Under the pieces are notes generated by a model. That model had not been told where the DNA came from. It saw only the letters and a program-made list of their open reading frames with translations, and ran no database searches. 64,000 bases of DNA from Trichosphaerium sp. ATCC 40318 (Eukaryota; Protista; Tubulinea): NCBI GenBank assembly GCA_038496445.1, contig JALMLS010000277.1, positions 1-64,000 of the forward strand, given 5' to 3'. The position numbers and the translations under genes were made by a program. Within the stretch, counting starts at the first letter, position 1. Every line of letters starts with the position of its first letter. Positions 57,351 to 64,000 of this stretch are shown here, one piece after another.

Positions 57351-60300
57351 ATGCATCACCTCCGCTTATACATAGCTATTATATACTCTTTATGTATCCT
57401 ACTGGTATATACGACCCACTACCATTGCAGAGACGTATCAACAGTCGAAACAACAAAAACAATGGTTTATAGAAATTGTGGTATTTCTCTTTCGCGTAAA
57501 CGTGGCGTAGGAGCAACTCAAACTGTAACAGAGTACGATGTAATTTTGTTGTAAAATTGAGTAATATTAATTATTTTCTTTGCTAATGCGGAGCTATAAT
57601 AGATTCCTACATGAAGCTGGGCCTGACTTTGGTACGTAGAAATAGAATTCAATTCGGACCATAAGGAAAAAAAAAAAAAAAACAAAGAAAGAAACAGCAC
57701 GTGCTTATTTCGTTTGCAAAAAGGTATGAAGAAAGATGATAATCTACAAATGGTAGAGAGTAAAAGCGGTATTGGATGTCAAGTTTATAGGTATGTGCAT
57801 AGCTATAGGGAAAATTTAGACGCCGGCCAAATTAAATATTCGGGATTTTCTCACTTGTCAGGCTAACATTCGGCTTTTTGGGTATCGGCAATTAAGTAAA
57901 GATGGCTTTCCAATAGTACCTTCGGATGTGACTGTAACTACGGTACCTCTTGCCTGTGTTTAGGTTTCTTATTTATTGCCATACAAAGGATACTTCGACG
58001 TCCGAACTAATGGCCATAAGCGTTCTTTACAGTGATGTAGCAGACGAAGCAAATATGTTTCTTAAGTACACTCTCGTCTTTCTTCTTGCGTGCTGACGTT
58101 ATGTATGTTGCCATTGAAAACTGCTGTTGCTTATGCGAAAATGCACGCTTCTATAACTGAACTGAGAAATCAAGAGCCGTATAACCCAGAGATAATCATG
58201 TACCATAAAGCAGGTGAGTGTTATGCTGAAAACTTTTCGAAATAGAATTTATCACGTGATTTTTTGTTGAATTTTACTAGATACGAGCAAGACAATACCA
58301 TGCTGGAAGTTTGTACTTTTATCCAAGGCTCCACTAGGTACATGAAAGTAACCATTACGTATTACACGTGACGCGAAAAGGCATAAAAATAGGCAGTTAC
58401 TGATACGTTTTAGGTGACTTTATTTTCATTGTCGATGCTTCAACACAAGAACCCACAATACACGAGTTTCATAATCAATTACGCGAATACGCAGTTGGGC
58501 AAGGTACGTGTGTGATTCTTTCTAGAAAGCTTAGTTAATTAAATTAACTAAAGTGTACTTGTAGGACGAGTATACATTCCAAACCCAATACAAGCATTGG
58601 TATAATATCTAACTTCAATATTTTTTTGCTAAATATTACAAAAAGGGCATGGATGCAATTTTTCTCAACGAAAACAATGTTGATTCCTTTCCCGGGATGA
58701 CGGCTGCTGGGAAAATGGTAGAGTAAGTGATTTTACCTCTGTTTCTATACCTCTCTTTGTAATAACTGGATAGACTACACAACTTGGAAACAGGGACTGA
58801 TTTGTTAGTTGGAAAAGTACGGTACTGTTCATTAAGTTTTTTGTTTTTTTGTATTTGTTAGCGTACAGACAAATGTGATCCACTAACAAAAAGGTAGTAC
58901 GTAAACCCGTTGATAAAAGGAAACAATTATGATGCCTGCAGCGACGCTAAGAGTTCGTCAAGAGAGTATATTTATGAGCGTACAGACCCAAGATTCAGTC
59001 AGGTGAGTGAGAGAAGGTGAAACTTTCGAAAAAAAAAAAGCAGAATTCTCTTTTTGAGATTTTTTCCTGACGTACTCTTTGAGGTCATGGCGTACTACCA
59101 TATTGACAGGGTCCAAACGCTAATACAATCTATTGGGTTTACAGGTGAAAGTTCTATACGGAACTTTCCTACACTTGTTGCTATCCAGTCTTCACCTGTA
59201 CGCACAACAACACGTGAACACGTCAATTTTCCCTAAAGATTTTTGAGGATGATCAAAGCTATTTTTCTCCGTTTGAAAGGCCTGAGTCCGGTGGAATCAT
59301 ACATATGGGAGAAGGAGGGTACGTAGTAGATTAGATGGTATTGTTTTAGAGCAAAAGAACTAAGCCTTAACCAAAGTGTGAACGATGCTCAGGATGGAGA
59401 TATAATCGTAAGTGGAGATTTTCAAGAATTGTTTCTTTTTTTCGTTAACTTTTCTCTTTTCCTTCAGGTACATGAGTATGGACATGCCCTACAATATGCC
59501 CAAAACTCCAATTTTTATGGCGGAGAGATGCCAGCAATGGTAAGTGAAAAAACAAGTTCACAAACATGTAATTTAATTCAAAAAAAAGGGTGAAGGATTT
59601 AGCGATTGGTTGGCTGCTATTGTATTTGCAGAAGATGGTGATGAGAACTTTATGGTAGGTTTCTCCAATGACACGTGGCGGGTTTTTTCTAAATTAAAAG
59701 TCACTATTGCCTTTTACGCTCGAGGGCTTTTTCTATTTTCAGACTTTTTTGTTAACTATTTACCGATACCGTCAATAAGTACATCGGTTTTTGTTAATGT
59801 TTTGTCGCTTTGATGACTTTTATGACATTTAACGAACATGTAGAAAGACCATGCTTCTTGCATTGGCGAATGGGACACTCCATATCCAGAGTAAGAACTT
59901 GTTTGACGAAAAAACCCTTTCTCGAGTTTTCTTCCTAACTTTATTTATAGAGTTCTAAATGTTCTTAATTATCCAAGATGCTTACGAAGAGTTGATGCAG
60001 ATTTTCTTCCTTATGAAGCCTACTATCGTGGGACAGGTAGCGAGAACTACAGTCACTTTAATGGCATGATATGGTAAAAAAGAAATCAGAAGAGAAAAAA
60101 AAACACTCAAAAAAATCTTATTATTTTCTGGAAAAACGTCGGTATCTCATTCGCAAAATAGGTCTAGTACACTTTGGGAAATTTTCAAGCTACTAGGATT
60201 AAACGACTCTCTAAGGATAGTACTTGAATCGCACTACGGATTACCAATGTACGCAGTCACTACTTTCAAAACAAACCACCTAAAATCATCTTCTTAACTC

Positions 60301-61539
60301 TTGTATAGGGGTAGCACATACCCAACCGGTACGGACACATGCGTCAATTTAATCTTTCTTTTATCTCTAACACTATTATAAAGCTGCTAGAGCTATATTG
60401 GATGCCAATAGATCACTAAGAGATGGCAAAGACGAATATGAAATCCGTGTCATCTTTGATACTAAGTAAGTTGCACTTCGTTTTGAGTACTTGATAAACT
60501 TTTGGTGTTTAACATTTTTTTGTCACTGAAGACATATTTTATCACTTGAAGATTCTGCTGCACCAACAACTAAACCACCAACAACTCTACCGCCAACTAA
60601 ATCACCAACCACCGAACCTCCAACAACAATCTCGCCGACAACTGAACCACCAACCACCCAACCACCGCCAACTGAACCACCAACAACGCAATCGCCCACA
60701 ACTATACCAGCAACTACTGTACCACCTGTATCGGAAACAAATACCACATTAAACGCAACAACTATACCTACAACGGAACCTACGGCACAAGCAAATACAA
60801 CAAATACTACACAACCTCCAACACAAATGCCAACACCCACACAAACAAACACAACAAATACAACCTCGCCTACAGAGGCTCCGTACATCCCAACACCTCC
60901 TCCAACAACTAGTACGCCACCTGTATCAGAAACAAACACCACCTCAAACACAACGATACCACCTACACCAGAACCTCCAACACATTCCCCTACAGAACCA
61001 CCCGCAGAAACACCATCTGTTCCTCGTACAATTGCACCAACTGGTATTTACATTAACCCAAAAGACAATCCTACACCGCCTATACCTGGATTACCTGCGG
61101 ACTCGCATACATTCCGTTGCATTGGAGGAATTGCTGATATAGAAAACAGAAGCTGTGATTGCGTTGATCAAGAATGCCTATGCTATGCCGAGTACGCTAA
61201 ACCAATCCAAGTTCTTTTGATTAATGTTTTACCAGGCAAGACTCGGGTGTATCTTGTCATTGTAATGATGTTGATTGGTGTGTGGCATATACACATGTAG
61301 ATACCAAAGTATACGGTGGCACAGCGAAGAGGTACGTCAAACGAATGAAGACTGTATCTTCTTGGATTTAATCCTAATTTAGTTTGATCGTTTATTGGAC
61401 TCATTTCAGTACTATATACTGTGAAGACACAACAAGTTGCGCTTGTTATGGTGGAAATGATGCTCCAGGAGCTTGCTACCGGAACAACGCAGAAATATTC
61501 TCATGTGTTCTACCAGATACTCGTGGACTCTGTATGTAG
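57351..61539 (+). CDS. Secreted M36/M4-like (gluzincin) metallopeptidase with propeptide, Pro/Thr stalk and Cys-rich C-terminus
   Basis: Signal peptide; DPRFSQ|VMAYYHID, GEGGVNDAQDGDII|VHEYGHALQ, AM|GEGFSDW, CIGEWD; PTTEP stalk; Cys-rich tail; very intron-rich. Confidence 0.8.
60560..61025 (+). repeat. Mucin-like Pro/Thr stalk with duplicated PPVSETNTT
   Basis: PTTEPPTTQPPPTEPPTT...; CCACCTGTATC[GA]GAAACAAA at about 60722 and about 60917. Confidence 0.85.
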
Positions 61540-61776
61540 GATTTTCCAATTATCCCGTTTATTATTATTCTTTTTGTACATAATGTAAAGCGCTCAAAAA
61601 AAAAAAAAGCAACGGTAACTACAATCAATACACATACTTTAAAAGTATACTTCAGCCAAAAAAAATCTGTTATTCCTTTCAAACATTATCCAAGAAAACA
61701 AAGAAAAAAAGAAGAAAGCAAAACGAAGATAAATCAAAAAGCTATTTTCATTAATACTCTACATTCCCCTTTTAGC

Positions 61777-62904
61777 TTATTTTTTCTTATCCCAACCATG
61801 CTGTCTTGCAACTCGCTATCAAAAAATAAGTTGGTTTCTCCAGTATAAAGATAATACCTCAAAAGCTTGTCTTGCTTCTTCCTCAGTGTAACTTCCGTCC
61901 CACATTTCTATGCGTGCATTACCAGCCACCATCTCACTTCTGATTTGTACAAGTATAGCCTCCAAGCTATTGGTAGGTAACCACCCAGAAGTAGTCAACA
62001 ATTCCACTTAACAAAACCAGTTAAAAACTTCGAAAATCATGCAAAACAAGAACTCACTGCAAATACTTCCACCAACAGTTACCTACAAAAAAAAACAAAG
62101 TGAGCGAAAATCTTTAACATCAACACGAGATCACAGAAACAAAAAACTACGCACGTGACCAGTATGAAATTGAAAACGAGGTCTTACAACACGTATAAAC
62201 GGTGGTCGCCAAGGAAAGTTTTGTGGAAACGTAATGCACAATTCTACGCTGTCCTGAACACAAAAAAAAAATTAAAAAAAAGCAGCTAAAAGTTGATTCT
62301 GTCTTGACTGTTGACAGGATCCGTACATATCCGTATTTTTGTTTGTGTGCAGCTAAGTCCTTGGAAGAGTTATACACTAGCAATTTATTCATCAGTTTAC
62401 CTTGCCAAGTGCTGTGTCATCTCCGAAATTAAAAAACTTTACAGACCATTTATAAAGGTTATCATCGATGGGTTCTGCTGTGAAGCCCTATTTTTAAGAG
62501 AATAAAAAGTAAGAGAACGGTTTTTTTGAGCGGTAATAATTAAAACTAAAAAGGAGTCGCGGTGGCGTTTGTATACGCTCGTAGTTAATGAATATGCATA
62601 TTACAGGCACGTACAAATTGCTCAGGATTCAATTTGCTTATTTTTCTAAATTCCTTCACCAGGCGCTTTGCAGCTGGCCCACTACCTGTTCCTGTAAAGA
62701 ATTGCCTTATAATGTCAATAACCTACAATAAACTAATATTCTTACTCTGCATTCGAAAGCTACACGCTCGTTAGTTAACTGTGACACGTTTATACCAAAT
62801 TGCACCTTGTCTTTCTTTTTTTTCTTGGTAGCATTTGTTTTAACACCTGGCGCTACTGCACTTTTATTCACCTTTATCTTGTCACCCTTGCCTTTCTTGC
62901 TCAT
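61777..62904 (-). CDS. UBE2Q: UBE2Q-family ubiquitin-conjugating enzyme E2
   Basis: KRLVKEF, IDDNLYKW, FPQNFPWRPPFIRVVRPRF..GH|VTVGGSICMELLTTSGW, YTEEEARQAF|RVARQHGW. Confidence 0.9.
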
Positions 62905-63125
62905 TGCTTTTCAACGTGTTTGAAAGAAACGCGTTGAACTTCGCTTTTTACTACTGCCACAGCAGTGTTTTTTACAATTAATGGGCGCAACACATGAGCG
63001 AAGACCCTGATTCAAAGCTGAACGCATTTTTAGTACGTTGTTCTGTTTTATCGATTTTTTGCAAACGGATCAATTAGGCGTCTTCCGCGTGTCAGCGGTT
63101 GCGCGCACATGCCAGCGAGCGTAAA

Positions 63126-64000
63126 ATGGCGACAAAATACGATGAAGGTAATCGTGAAATTGTAAACTAGCACATGAATAACAACTTTTGGTAGATATAT
63201 GGGGATTCTCATGGATGTACCCTTTAGAAGAGTATCTAGGGACAAGGGTTAATTTTCACAACATGAAGCACCAAGAGAGGCTACAACTCTTTTTCAAGGT
63301 TTGTTACGAATACACTACATTTCCTTACGTCTTTTTATCAGGATCTACGCATTTCAAGCATTATCATTGCCAAAGTATTGTCGGTCGAATCGTATGGGTT
63401 GAGAACTGCGATAAGCACTGTTTGTGATAGAGGAGAGAAATCTTTAACTTTTAAACTTGAAGATTTGAGTATTTGTGTACGCAAACTCAAACCAAGCCAT
63501 TTCTGACGCTGTACTAGGGTGTTATACCTCTGAGTGAACTCTCAGAATTCTATGTTGCATCACCAGCGTCTTTACTAAACGATTACCAACGCGGTGACTA
63601 CGTCAAAGGTAACAGGAGTCTTTGAGAGTATTTTTCCTTTAAAAAACAAGCCACCACTTTCTCAGATTGCTTTATTCTTTTTGACACTTTAATAGCTGCC
63701 GTGAGTGCTGTATCCCGAGAGAGTCATTCTCTCACTCTTACATTGAAAAAAAGTAGTGTTAATATACCAATGTATAGCCGACATCATAGTCTCGTAAGCC
63801 ACTGTTTTCAAATGACAACAAAAAAATTAATCAAAGTTGTCACAGTTTTTTTGTTCATCTCAAAAAACATTTCACTTTTTTCTTTCTTTGAATCAACTTT
63901 TCTCATTGGTATATTCTCGAGGGGTTGACGAACTCACCAGATACAATAGATATAGAAGAGTACGGGTTTATTTAGGGTTAACATTGTAGTTTTACTTACG
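63126..64000 (+). CDS. TTC14: TTC14-like S1-domain protein, 5' part (runs off the window)
   Basis: MYPLEEYL..RLQLFFK|DLRISSIIIAKVLSVESYG..GVIPLSEL..LNDYQRGDYVK|AAV..LTLTLK resembles the TTC14 N-terminal S1 region; TPR repeats not reached. Confidence 0.65.

Overview
AT-rich, gene-dense eukaryotic DNA with many short GT-AG introns (mostly about 35-90 nt; donors often GTACG/GTAAG, CTAAC/CTGAC/TTAAC-type branch sites, TAG/CAG/AAG acceptors). The ORF track therefore mostly shows exon fragments, and I assembled the gene models by hand. The gene set suggests an amoeboid protist (Amoebozoa-like or nucleariid-like; inference). About 21 genes plus 2 relics are present: Atg22-like MFS transporter (3' end), F-box/LRR genes, an F-box orphan, virilizer/VIRMA, a RasGEF-RhoGEF-PH-Kelch-STE20 kinase fusion, Rac, a RuvC-like protein, two bacterial-type zinc metalloproteases on mucin stalks, a Zn(II)2Cys6 factor, an F-box/MORN-variant gene, NUBP1, a CAD/Ura2 multienzyme with a dead dihydroorotase domain, a TMC channel, a BC-box LRR protein, a PGQY-repeat/DUF4476 protein, UBE2Q and TTC14 (5' end). 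The main leads are: (1) a dispersed, nearly intron-less family of F-box + shuffled tandem-repeat genes in birth-and-death turnover, a candidate intracellular recognition repertoire; (2) an intronic box C/D RNA in the CAD gene with two separate complementarities to U6 snRNA; (3) strong enrichment of CACGTG E-boxes inside introns; (4) a RuvC-like gene in which two overlapping 40-nt introns would switch the first catalytic residue between Asp and Tyr; (5) a possible U12-like intron nested in a U2 intron. All family assignments come from motif recognition; no database search was run.
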